A stretch of 64,000 nt of DNA from Vicugna vicugna (taxonomy: Eukaryota): assembly GCA_013265495.1 (NCBI GenBank), contig MU063176.1, forward strand, positions 2,848,344-2,912,343, written 5' to 3'. Below, in pieces: positions 13,385 through 24,101 of the stretch. A model generated the notes under the pieces. That model was given only the letters and a program-made list of their open reading frames with translations, ran no database searches and was not told the DNA's origin. How positions within the stretch are numbered: position 1 is the first letter of the stretch; every line of letters starts with the position of its first letter. Made by a program: the position numbers and the translations under genes.

Positions 13385-14789
13385 CTACACGGGCCTGGGG
13401 GTAGATACATAGAGAGAAATTTAAGCAATTGTTATAAAAGGTTAGCAATAGGGGAATCTAGACACAGGGTGTGTAGCTGTTAATTGTACTGTTCTTGTAA
13501 CTTTTGTATAGAGTTTGAAATTTTCAGAAATTAGGGTTAATAGAAATTAACAAACAAACGTGAAAAGCACGTGCTCATACTCTCACATACACAAAAGTCC
13601 AACCTGTCTCAAATATCCCTTCTTTCCTTTCCTTCCTAGAACAGCCCATTATGCTTCCCTTTGCTGAACGCCCCCCAAGCTTGGTCAGACCTGCCTGCTG
13701 CCGCTGACGTCACAAAACACTGCAAGTGTCTGCTTACACTTCATCTATCCCAGCTACTCGGGGGTTTTCGGACTCTGTTCTGGAGGGCGTGCCACGAGCT
13801 TTTGCACATGCGATTTCCACTTTTAAAACAAATCTCCATTTTATGATGGACGCTGAAATGGAACACACTGAAACACCATTTCACGTCTGCTTCTCCCCAG
13901 AACAGTAGGAGTCTGGCAGGCGGACAGGCTGGCTGACAGCAGGTGAACAATCCCACCACATTGTGTCCTCTTTGTAAGGAGCCCTGGGAAATCTCCCACC
14001 CAGCATTTACCCAGCAAAGCAGACATCCTCGGGAGCTACCTGGGGCTTCTCATGTTATGGCTGGAGAGCACTGGTAGCTAAGCAGGCTCGCCTTTTCCCA
14101 CTGGCTGCCGGATTTGGACCCTCTATAGCTAAAAGTACACAGACGGGTCATTATGGTATGCATTTTTAGCCTCATTCCTGGCTCCATTTAGGGTCTCCAC
14201 CCTTGTTTTTCTTTCTTCTCTCTCTCCCAGTTTTAATATGCTATCATGTTATATTTTATATATCCTGCTAGGCTGCCCTAAATCCCTTCTGGAACCAGAC
14301 TGGGTCTAAGTGAAAAACTGAAATAGAAACCCTGTGCTGGCCTCCTCTTTCTTCTGCCTCCTTACCAAACCATATGGCTGCCTGGCACTCTCTCCCCGAG
14401 CACCTCATGCCTGCAGCATCGTCCCTGGCCTGCAGTGTCTGAGGGCAGCCTGGCAGTCTTGGCAATGACTTATGGAGACAAGTAAGTAGAGGAAGGAGCA
14501 CTTCTTTTCTAAACAGCCAGAACTGAGTGCAAAACTCCTTTTTAATGATTCCTTCAAGAAGGACATGAAGGAGGGATGCAAAGTGGAAATGGTCATTTGG
14601 TTCATCTATACCCAGGCCCTGTCCCTGCACTGCACTGTACACAGCGGGATCAGTTTTCTTCTGGGTTGAGAGAGATCAAGAGGGAACTTGTACTGGGCAG
14701 GAAGGATGAATGGAACAGAGTCAACCAAGGCTGGGAGGTAGGAATAGGCAAGACAAGTAAGGGAGATGGAGAGGACCAGGAGGCCAAAT

Positions 14790-15030
14790 GAGAGGGTGGG
14801 TTCTAGAGTCAGACTGCCCAGGTGTGAATCCCAGCTCAGCTACTCACTAGCAGTTTAGCTTTGTGCAGGACTCACCCTCTCCAGGCCTCAGTTTTTTCAG
14901 CTGTGCAATGGATAGAATAAGACCTCCTTCACAGAGGCATCGCTGGGATCAAATGAGATCATGCTGTGAAGTGCTGAATATAGACCCCGCCACACAGTAA
15001 GAGCTCAGTACACGTTAATGGCTATGCTCA
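14790..15030 (+). mobile_element. MIR SINE
   Basis: ctagagtcagactgcccaggtgtgaatcccagctc...cctcagtttt...aaatgaga. Confidence 0.8.
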
Positions 15031-15157
15031 CCCTTACGGTATCACCACCCCTCCCACTGGGGGAGCCACCTCTCCCCCCTCTCTCACCATTCAGCCAGCC
15101 CATCATCTGAGCAGGCAGAGCTCTTCCTCATTCCTATTTTGCCCCAACTGAGGATGG

Positions 15158-15194
15158 ACATGCACGCGCGCGTGCGTGCACACACACACACACA
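15158..15194. repeat. (CG)/(CA) alternating purine-pyrimidine repeat
   Basis: acatgcacgcgcgcgtgcgtgcacacacacacacaca. Confidence 0.95.
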
Positions 15195-16516
15195 GGCACT
15201 GTTCAAGCCATTTTGCACATCTGTTCTCTCTAGATCTTCAACGCCTCTCACTTCTTTGGATCACAAAAGTCAAAGCCTCCATATGGTCCTGCGACCTCCA
15301 GCCACACCCTCCCCGCACCCATCCATATGTTGCAGCTCAGAGGCCCTTGGAAGGAACCTCCAAGGGAGCAACATTGCTGCCTCTGATCCCACCCTTGAAC
15401 CACGGGCCACGCCCACTCTTGATGGGTGGAGCTGGTCTGTGACCAGGCTGCAAACTCCAGGGCTTCCTGTTCTCCCTTTTTTCCAGATCCCAGACCCATG
15501 CCAGGCCACAAACTTGGGGAAGCTGCCTTTAGAGACCCCAAGCTTGCCTTGCTAGGCTGTCCCAAGGGGCAGAGTCTGGTGAGGGGAGGAGGGGGTCCCG
15601 TCAGCCCTTTGGGCATGACACTAGATTTCCTCCCCTGAGACCTTCCCACAGGCTGAGAAGCCATCAACCTCCTCTCCTACACATCCTTCAAGACCCATCC
15701 CCAGTCTGCGCAGCCAAAACCGGAAGCTCCTGCTCAGGGCCTAGTACCTGGGAATTGTTCTGTGTCTGAGGCTGGATTGAATCTGGACCACATTCAGTGA
15801 ATGAATATATATATTTGTTGAATATAACCACATTCACTGCTCCCCCTCCTCAGGTGTGTCTCCCCAAGAAGGAACTCCTTAGAGCCTCCAGTATCACACA
15901 GACGTGCTGTCTTTGAAGGAACCCCAGGTCTGCCAGGTACCAGCGATGGACGTTGGAGCCTCTTACTTAACCTCTTCAGTTCTGGGTTCGCTCATCTGAA
16001 GGAGAGGGGCAGCCACCTTCACCCAAGGGACTGTTTTGAGGGAGAATGTTGTATACACTTAACATATAATAATTGCTCAAGGAGCAGTCAGACTTTTAAA
16101 ACAAGTCGGTTACCCTTGCTGGCTCCCTCTTTTCACCTCCTGCTCTTACTTCAATCCACAGCAATGTGGCATTCACCCTTGAAACCGCCCCTGCCAAGGA
16201 CACCAAGACCTGAGTGTGTCACCTGAGCTAATAGGCTCTCGGTCCTCAAGCTTCTCACCCACTGCAGCCCTGACCCCACCACCCGGCCCTTCCCTGGACT
16301 TCAGTTGCATAAATTTATATGCTTGGTCTCCGTCCCCTTCGTATCCAGGCATCTCCCTGCAGCTGCAGACCCCCACACACTGACGCGCCCTGGGACAGCT
16401 CCACCTAGCATCTCATTGGCACCTCCAGCTCTACGCACCCCAACCTCCATTCTCCCCAATCTCAGGTCAGCTCTCTGCACATTTTAGCAGATGTCCCCAC
16501 AAACACACAAGCCCAC

Positions 16517-16960
16517 TGGATTAGTGTCCTCTTACTGCTATACCAAATGGCCACAAATACAGTGACTTAAGACAACACAAATTTATTGTCTCACTTTTCT
16601 GAAAGTAAGAAATCCTAAAATCAAGTTGTCGGCAGGGCTGAGTTTTTTCAGAAGGCTTGAGGGAAGAGTCTGTTTCCCGGCCTTTTCTAGCTGCCTGCAT
16701 GTCTCAGCTCCTGCCTCCTTCTCTATCTTTCAGCAGCAGAGCATCTTCCAATCTTTTCTTCCTCTCCTGCCTTTCTCCTATAAAGATGCTTATAATTACA
16801 TTGGGCCCACCCTGATCATCCAAGATAGTTTCTCCATCTCAAGATCCTTAATTTAGTCACACATGCAAAGTCCCTTTTACCAAACAAGATAACAACACTT
16901 TCACAGGTTCCAGGGATCGGGACACAGCCATCTGTGGAGAGCCATTATTTGGAGAGCCCA
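16517..16960 (-). mobile_element. MaLR LTR (MLT1C/D-like)
   Basis: tggattagtgtcct...caacacaaatttattgtctcac...aatcaagttgtcggcagggc...ggagagccattattt. Confidence 0.8.
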
Positions 16961-16999
16961 GCATGCTTACCTTCCTTCATCTGCTCCAAATCTCTAGGA

Positions 17000-18830
17000 G
17001 ATCCTCCAGGGACAGAAGAAAGGTTGATCCACCTCCTTTCCACATCCAAGGTCTCCATGTGACCCTTCTCTGGTAATACAAAAGCTTACCCATCGTGCCT
17101 TTTCTCCACTCTATATCCAACCATTTCCTCAGCAGGACTCCCTCCACTGGGTTTTTTTTTTTTTAAGGAAGTTAACATCTCATGAACAAACTCCCTAGCT
17201 CCTAGTCTTCCTTCAACCATCACCCTTCCTGTCTCTCTCCTCTGCTTTGTATCTCTAATCAAACCTCTGAGAAGTACCTATATGGGTCACCTCCACTCTA
17301 ATAGGGTTCCCATCTCATTACCCTTCTGCAGGATTTCTCAACCCTGGTGCTATTGACAAGTGAGGCCAGACCACTCTTCGTTGTAGGAGGCTGTCCTGTG
17401 CATTAGGAAAGGTTGAGCTGCATCCCTGGCTTTTACCTTCTAGATGCCAGGAGCATAGCCCCATCTCAAGGTGTGATGGCCCAAAATACCTCCAAACATT
17501 TCCAAGTTTCTCAGAAGGGGGACAGGGGGTACACATTGCCAGGTTGACAACCACAGTCTTATAGTGACAGATCTTGCTGAAGTCGCCAATGATGTCCCTG
17601 GCACTAAATCCAGTGGACACTTTTGAGCCCTCCTCTTGCCTGGCTTCTCAGCAGAATTTGACACTGTTGGACATTCTGGCCTTCCCACCTCTCGGGCTCC
17701 TCTTGCTCTGCCTCCCGTGCAGGATCAAGCTCCCCTTCTGCACAGCTGTTGAAGTTCCTCAAAGCTTAGTCTTAGGCCCTCTCCATCTCTCTCTTAGCCC
17801 GTTCTCCCTGGGGCCTGCCCTCCACTCCTCTGGCCCCGCTGACCACCTCTGCATAGATGACTCACCAAGTGACATCTCCAGACCTCCTTTCCATGCTCTG
17901 AACCCATGTATCTAACTGCCTAGTCGACATCACCACTTGGATATCCTGACATCACTCTAAACTGAAGTCCAAAACCCAAATCAGGATCTTTCCCCCAACC
18001 TAGTTCCCTTCTGGCATTCCCTATTCTCAGAAAAAGGCACCATTCCTGACTTGTAGGGAGAGGAACACCGCAGGAAGGGTTCCTGACACTTCCCTCTCCC
18101 TTACTTAAGCCAACTGGTCTCTTTCCAAGTCAAATCTCTTTCATCTCTGAAACAGTTTACAAACCAGTTCACCTGTCTCCATGTCTCTGCTCCACCCTAG
18201 CCCAAGCCTCCACCATCGCCGCCTTAGACAATGACCACAGCCCCCTGATGACCAAAACTTCCATCCCATTAGTTTGCCAGCCTGCAGCCAAAGTCATCCT
18301 TTCAAAACATAAATGAAAGCTTTTCATTGCTCTTAAAATAGAGAACGAAAGTCACAGTTCAGCCCACTGGGCTCTATATGACCAAGAATCTGTCTCCTCC
18401 AGGCCCTGTGTTTGCAGCACTCCAGGCACGCTGACCTTCCAGTTGCTCAAACACACTGTGCTCTCTTCTGCCACAGGACCTTTGCCCATGCTGTTCCGTC
18501 CATCTCCATGCCGTTCACCAATTACCACCTGGCAGGCATTCTCTTCTTTCAATCACAGCCTATAAGGAAGCCTTCCCTGACTTCTGACCACATCAAATCC
18601 CTTGTTTGTTCACTTGTCTCCTAGCCTCACTGTCTCCATCAGCTTTCAGAGTCATCATTTTACATGCACTTATCTTACTCTTTAATTCATTCCATCCTCC
18701 CCACAATAAACTCTAGGAGTGCAGGACTAATGTCTGATCTGGCCCACCATTGTGTCCCCAGAGCCAACCCAGTGCTGGGCACAAAGGAAACCCTTTGGGT
18801 TTACCTAGTAATTAATGAATGACCTTTCTC
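17000..18830 (+). mobile_element. Long L2 LINE remnant (RT region to 3' tail)
   Basis: The ORF at 17574-17915 carries degenerate RT motifs VPQSLVLGPL and HLCIDDS; downstream L2 3' sequence ends ...cccagtgctgggcaca...aatgaatga. Confidence 0.8.
17329..17556 (-). mobile_element. MER20 hAT-Charlie element nested in L2
   Basis: caggatttctcaacc...ctattgaca...ggctgtcctgtgcatt...ctagatgccag...ggttgacaaccacag. Confidence 0.85.
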
Positions 18831-18849
18831 CCCCCTAGCCTGCCTTTCT

Positions 18850-19810
18850 CTATTGTCCTCTTATTTATGTTCAAGTTTGATGCCTGAAAGTCATCTTTGA
18901 TAATCCTTTCTTTTTGGATCTTTAAAAATCCTTTTTCCTCACCCTCACATCTTGTCTACCAACAAATCTTGAGGATTCTCCCCGCTTAATCTCTCCCAGA
19001 TGTGATCATCTCTAGTACCTGAGTTTAAGCCACCATCTTTCCTTATGTAAACCCCCACCCCAGCCTCTTACCTAGAATCCCAGTCCTCCATCCTGCAACC
19101 CACCAACTCATACCTCTGCCTGTAATGCTCTGATGGCTTCCCCTGGCCCGCAGGATGAAGGATGCACTTGTCACGGCATGCGAAACATAGCAGGATCTGG
19201 CCCCTGCCTCCTTCTCCTGCCAATTCTTGCCACTTTGTCTCCGGCTTACTGCTGTCACCCCACTGGACTTCTCAGGGGTCCTGTCTCTCAGGTGTTCTGT
19301 CTGCTTGGATCATTTTTCCATTCCCCTTCCACTAAATGCCACTCATCCTTCAAGTCTCAGACTAGAGGAAATCTTGCCCAAACCCCTCAAGTAGACCAAG
19401 AACAACAACAATAATAATAGCTGATATTCACCGTGTGCTCGCTAAGGGCAAGCAGGACTCAGAACTCTGCAGTGACGACTCAGCTCATCTTCACCATCAG
19501 CTATGATTATGCCGGCACAAAGGTTGAATGACTTGTCCAAGATCGCATTAGATAGTAACTAGCAAACCTGGCTGATGTAATGAACTTGGGCTCCAGCTCC
19601 CAAATTCCTGAGCACTGTGAACGCTGCCATCTCCCTCTACTCCCAGAGCGTCCTGTATTCCCCCTTCAGTAGCTACTGTCACATGTGCGTGTCCTTGTTC
19701 ACAGCCTGTTCTCCCCACCAGACTGCCCACTCCCTGAGGGCAGGGACCATGTCTGTCTCACTGGAGGCTTTACCTCTAGCACCAGGCATTACTGCTTTTT
19801 CAGCTGAACG
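18850..19810 (+). mobile_element. L2 fragments with an intervening MIR (minus, ~19410-19600)
   Basis: ctccctgagggcagggaccatgtctgtct L2 tail; ttgaatgacttgtccaagatc reverse MIR. Confidence 0.6.
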
Positions 19811-20170
19811 TCACACTCTGCATCGCCACAGCGCCCAGCTCCAGGTCACCCACTCCAGAGGAGGGCTTGGGTAAACCATAAATGTCATACAATGGCCCAC
19901 CAGACATACACATGAGGATTCACGGGGAAACTGCCCCACCGCTGGTTCTGCTGACTACTGCCAGATGGGGCTCCTCCACATGCCCCTTGACCACCAAGGG
20001 TCACAGCCACTCAGCCTCAGTAAGGGGACAGCAAGATCCATCATCCACGAGTCCGGGAGTGATGGCAGAAAAGCTCTGGGGCCAGGCTGGGCCAGCGTAG
20101 GGCTCCCCCTGCTGGTTTCCTTCCATGTTCGTGGCGCCCTCTTCCCAGGCACAGCCCAGGAGACACTCAC

Positions 20171-20433
20171 CAGCCATGAGAAGAAGCCAGCTGATTTGTC
20201 CTGGGTGGAGATCTGTCCCTCATAGGGACCGAAGATGTGGCCCTTGGGGATGACCTCATTTATGCATCGCACGTCATTCTCCCCACTGGCTTCCTTGACC
20301 ACCTCCATGCCCTGGGGGATGGTGAGGGCGGCCCGGTCTGGGATGCCCACGGGCACCGGCGTGTCAGACACAAACACCGGGGGACCGTGGTTCGGGCACT
20401 CATCCACAAAGTACTCCTGGCAGGACTCGCAGA
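20171..20433 (-). CDS. PRDM11: PRDM11 third coding exon (263 nt): PR zinc knuckle and N-terminal part of PR/SET domain
   Basis: Acceptor ...ttccatccctccAG|TC completes Phe (T|TC). Encodes [16 protein letters not shown] (C-x2-C-x7-C-x2-H knuckle) through [24 protein letters not shown] (PR-domain FGPY motif); donor CTG|GTGAGT, phase 0. The three exons total 486 coding nt = 162 codons. Confidence 0.97.
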
Positions 20434-20734
20434 CTGGAGGGATGGAAAGAGGAAAGAGAGCCTCAGTTGCTGCAGAGAGGAAAGACCCCCACGGAGGTGG
20501 CTGAGGGGCTGATGGGACGCCTACCCTGAGGACAGCATCGGGCAGTAGAAAGCACACAGCAGGGGACTCGGGGGTCCCAGCCCTGGCTCCATCCCAGCCA
20601 GCCACAGGCCCCTGAGTCTTCTTCAGTAGCCAATAACCCACTATCTTCCGTGAGGGCTCAAAGGACATGCCTGCCAACGCTAAGGAAGCCAGTAGCTCCC
20701 TTTGTTTCAAATTTGAAAAAACAGAAGAAAGACC

Positions 20735-20915
20735 ATGACTGGAGTCAGATGGGTCTGGCATCTGTAGGGGGATTTAACCCTCACCGAGCCTCAGTGTCCT
20801 CCCCTAGAAAATGGGACCAAATAATAGACACCTCGGTGGCTGATGGTGAGGATGAACTGAGGTCTGGACCTGTGTCTGGTACATCATAGGTGAAGGCATG
20901 TCATGACTATTATGA
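20735..20915 (+). mobile_element. MIR SINE in the short PRDM11 intron between coding exons 2 and 3
   Basis: ctggagtcagat...cctcagtgtcctcccctagaaaatggga. Confidence 0.7.
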
Positions 20916-20997
20916 CTGCTGATTCCCTAACCAGGGGTGGGGTGGGGGGTGGGGGTGAAGGGCAGAGTAGCCAAGAATAGCCCCAAGCTCCACTTAC

Positions 20998-21101
20998 ACC
21001 AGAAGTCCACTTGCTGGAAGCTTTTGGGCATGATGAGGTCACGCTTCCCCTTCAGTTTCTTGGGCTCCACTTCCATGGCGGATGGGTCTGATCTCCTAGA
21101 G
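20998..21101 (-). CDS. PRDM11: PRDM11 second coding exon (104 nt)
   Basis: Acceptor ...gtcctggccAG|C completes Cys40 (TG|C). Encodes [34 protein letters not shown]+T; donor T|GTAAGT. Phases match both neighbouring exons. Confidence 0.95.
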
Positions 21102-21462
21102 CTGGCCAGGACAGGGGCCAGTAAAGAAAGCAAAGAAGCCATCAGAGTGAGAGGCTGGTGGGCGGAGAAGCCAAGGACTTGGCCAGGAGGCTCTGGGGCT
21201 TCGGGGCAGGTGGAGGAAGCCCAGCCAGACTGCTCGTTCATTTGGTGCAGGAGGTAGTGGAAAGGTAGGAGTCCAGAGGCTCAGGCCTTCTTGGGCCACT
21301 GCTTGGGTTTTTCTAGAGCCTGCGCTCACCTCTGGTCCCAGGAGCTGCCCAAAGCAGGGGAAGAAGATGAGCAAAGAGGAAGGTCTCGCCTCAGGGTCTC
21401 CAATCAACCCAGCCCAGTGATGCCCCCCTTCTCCCTCTCCTGTCCCCCAATAGGGGCCTCAC

Positions 21463-21587
21463 CAGGGTTGGCCATACTCCTGGTCGCGAAGTGGTGAGCA
21501 GACCTCTGTCTTCACCACCGTCACCATCTCCCCCACGGCCGCCTTGGTCTGCGCCAAGCACTCCTTCATGTTCTCAGTCATTCTGTC
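21463..21587 (-). CDS. PRDM11: PRDM11 first coding exon (6 nt leader GACAGA, ATG at 21581, 119 coding nt)
   Basis: Encodes [39 protein letters not shown]+TG, which I recognise as the PRDM11 N-terminus. Pyrimidine-rich acceptor ...gcgtccccAG at 21588; donor TG|GTGAGG at 21463/21462. Confidence 0.95.
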
Positions 21588-22189
21588 CTGGGGACGCGAA
21601 GGCGGGACCAGCACAGGAAGAGGATCAAAGAGACAGGGGAAGAGGGGTGAGTGGCGGAGAGGGCAAGCGGGGGTCNNNNNNNNNNNNNNNNNNNNNNNNN
21701 NNNNNNNNNNNNNNNNNNNNNNNNNNNNNNNNNNNNNNNNNNNNNNNNNNNNNNNNNNNNNNNNNNNNNNNNNNNNNNNNNNNNNNNNNNNNNNNNNNNN
21801 NNNNNNNNNNNNNNNNNNNNNNNNNNNNNNNNNNNNNNNGCTCAGGCCAGGAGGCAGAGCTGGGAAGCACAGCCTGGATCCCAAGACCAAAGGGCAAAAT
21901 GTAGAAGGGACCCACAGGAGCCTAGGCACAAAACTCTGCAATGGTGAGCAGGGGAGGGATCCACAAAGGTCCCGCTGGGGCCAAGGGGTGCAGGCAGATG
22001 AAATGAGCCCGGCGCTCCTGGCAGCTCAGCCCCTCACCCAGGGGCGGCCAGGGAATGCTGCCAGGCTCGCTTTGCCAGCTCAGAGCAGGTACAGGCGGGG
22101 CCTGGGGGTCCTCGTGTGGGCCGGCCCTGACTCCAAGCCCCACCCAGCTCTCTCTAGGGGAGTCTCCCTAGTCCGCAGCTTACCGCCCT

Positions 22190-23160
22190 CCTCCACCACC
22201 GCGCCGGGCTTCAGCCCCTCCCTTGGCACCCCAGGGTCCTCATGCCAAGCCCCGGGACACTCTTCAGGCCAGGACAGCGCTCAGCTCGGGCTGGAGCGCG
22301 CTCGGCCCCGGGACTGGGCGAGCAGCGTGTGTGACTCACTACCCGGGGCCCCGCTGGCCACACCCCTGCTCCTCGGCTAATCAGCCCCCTGCTCCCCACC
22401 GGGGCCCCAAAGCCGCCGGCAGCGGGGAGGGGTGTGGGGAAACGTGACGGCCGGCCCCCTCCTCCGAGCCGGCGGGGACTGGGGGCGCGCGGAGGGGGGC
22501 GGGGGCGGCCCGGGCCGGGCCAAGCCGCCCCCGCCACAGCCCCCCGGGGCGCCCCCGCCCCCGGGGCCCGGGGGTCGTCGCGGCCGCGTGTCCGGCGGGG
22601 AAAGTGTGAGATCCCGCGAGCGGGCCGGGGCGGCGCACGGGTCTGGCGCAGGGGCGGCGCGGGGGGCCGGGGAGGGCGCGGGCTCGCTCTCTCCCTCTCA
22701 CCAACCTTCCCGNNNNNNNNNNNNNNNNNNNNNNNNNNNNNNNNNNNNNNNNNNNNNNNNNNNNNNNNNNNNNNNNNNNNNNNNNNNNNNNNNNNNNNNN
22801 NNNNNNNNNNNNNNNNNNNNNNNNNNNNNNNNNNNNNNNNNNNNNNNNNNNNNNNNNNNNNNNNNNNNNNNNNNNNNNNNNNNNNNNNNNNNNNNNNNNN
22901 NNNNNNTGGGAGGAATTCCAGCCCCTCCCGCGGGGCTCAGCCCCCACGCGGGCCGGGGGGCGCCGGGCGGGCGTCTGGTGAGGAAGATAGCGCGGGGGAG
23001 GCTGGGCCCCGCGGCCCACCGAGCGCCCTCCCAGCCTCGGCAGCCCACTGGGCTCCGTGGCGGCGCGGCCAGAGGGACGCCGGACACCCAAGTCTCCGGC
23101 CACCCACCGACGCACGCCCCTTTCCCCACCTGTGCGGCCTAGGGTGAGGATCCGCATCTG
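22190..23160. promoter_or_regulatory. CpG island just upstream of the PRDM11 first coding exon (candidate internal promoter)
   Basis: Very GC-rich and CpG-dense, with multiple GC boxes, G-runs and AP-1 TGACTCA at 22332-22338; partly hidden by N run 22713-22906. Confidence 0.8.
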
Positions 23161-23696
23161 CCAGGGGCCGCACGCTTGATGCTTAGCTGACCTCACAGCC
23201 CACAGAAGGGTCCCCAGCCACCCATGAGGGGGCAGAGGTTGGGGGGTCACGGAGCCAGGAACCTAGTGCTGGAAGATGTCAAGTGACTCGCTCAAGGTCA
23301 CGCAGTCCATTCTTGGTGAAGACTGGACTGGAGCCTGGGGCATTCTCAGAGTAAATTGGTAACAGGAGAACCCCTGTTGTAAGCGTTTTTGATTCAGGGC
23401 TGGTTCACCTCCATGCCACACCCTTAGCCGTCTTCTTCCAGAAGGATGGCTGGACTCACCCTTGGGTCCTTAGGTGGGTTCAGGCCTCAGCCCACAGGTC
23501 CAGATGGGGGCAAGACCGAATGGATTTGTAAAGGCTCACTGAACACCCCTGCCCTGAGTAGCACTTCTCACCTGGATGGACAACATTCACACACAGCACA
23601 TCCTGAGGCAGTTAGTCTAGAGGTTAGCAGCCTGGGCACCCAGATCCCACTGCCTGTGTTCAAACCCCACTGATTGGCTATGCGACCCTGGGCAGG

Positions 23697-24101
23697 TGTT
23701 AAGGACTGAAAGTTTGTGTATGCCCCATCAAAAAAATAAATAAATAAATAAATAAATAAATTCCTATGTTAAGCCCTAACCCTCAATGTTTCTGTATTTG
23801 GAGACCGGGCCTGTGAGGAGGCGATAAAGGTTAAATGAGGTCATAAGAGTAGGGCCCTAATCCAATAGGTCTGGTGCCCTTTAAGAAGGGGAAGAGACAC
23901 CAGGGCGCTCTGTCAGGTGAGGACAGTAGGAAGGCAATAATCTGCAAGCCTGGAAGNNNNNNNNNNNNNNNNNNNNNNNNNNNNNNNNNNNNNNNNNNNN
24001 NNNNNNNNNNNNNNNNNNNNNNNNNNNNNNNNNNNNNNNNNNNNNNNNNNNNNNNNNNNNNNNNNNNNNNNNNNNNNNNNNNNNNNNNNNNNNNNNNNNN
24101 N
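23697..24101 (+). mobile_element. MLT1B-like MaLR LTR inserted into a MIR; contains (AAAT)7
   Basis: tgttaaggactg...gtatttggagac...taaatgaggtcat...gggccctaatccaat. MIR halves flank it at ~23600-23696 and ~24102-24230; the 3' part is N. Confidence 0.75.
23730..23761. repeat. (AAAT)n microsatellite
   Basis: Seven AAAT units read directly. Confidence 0.95.

Larger units (their letters stand above)
12090..13535 (+). mobile_element. L1MC4-like LINE 3' UTR, interrupted by MER58B and a microsatellite
   Basis: gagacatgacaactaaatgcaatgtg...ggaaaatctgaatatgga; resumes after 13310 and ends gtttgaaattttc. Confidence 0.7.

Noticed and set aside
1-20170. Next PRDM11 exon (recalled human sequence IVDKNNRYKSIDG...)
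   Set aside because: Not found in the ORF track or by reading; probably lies just left of the window.
19955-20761. 268-aa minus-strand ORF as a single-exon gene
   Set aside because: Only 20171-20433 is PRDM11-like and bounded by splice sites; the flanks are intronic read-through.
22211-23250. Several 100-290-aa ORFs on both strands
   Set aside because: Low-complexity G/P/R/A translations typical of CpG islands, spanning N runs; no recognisable domain.
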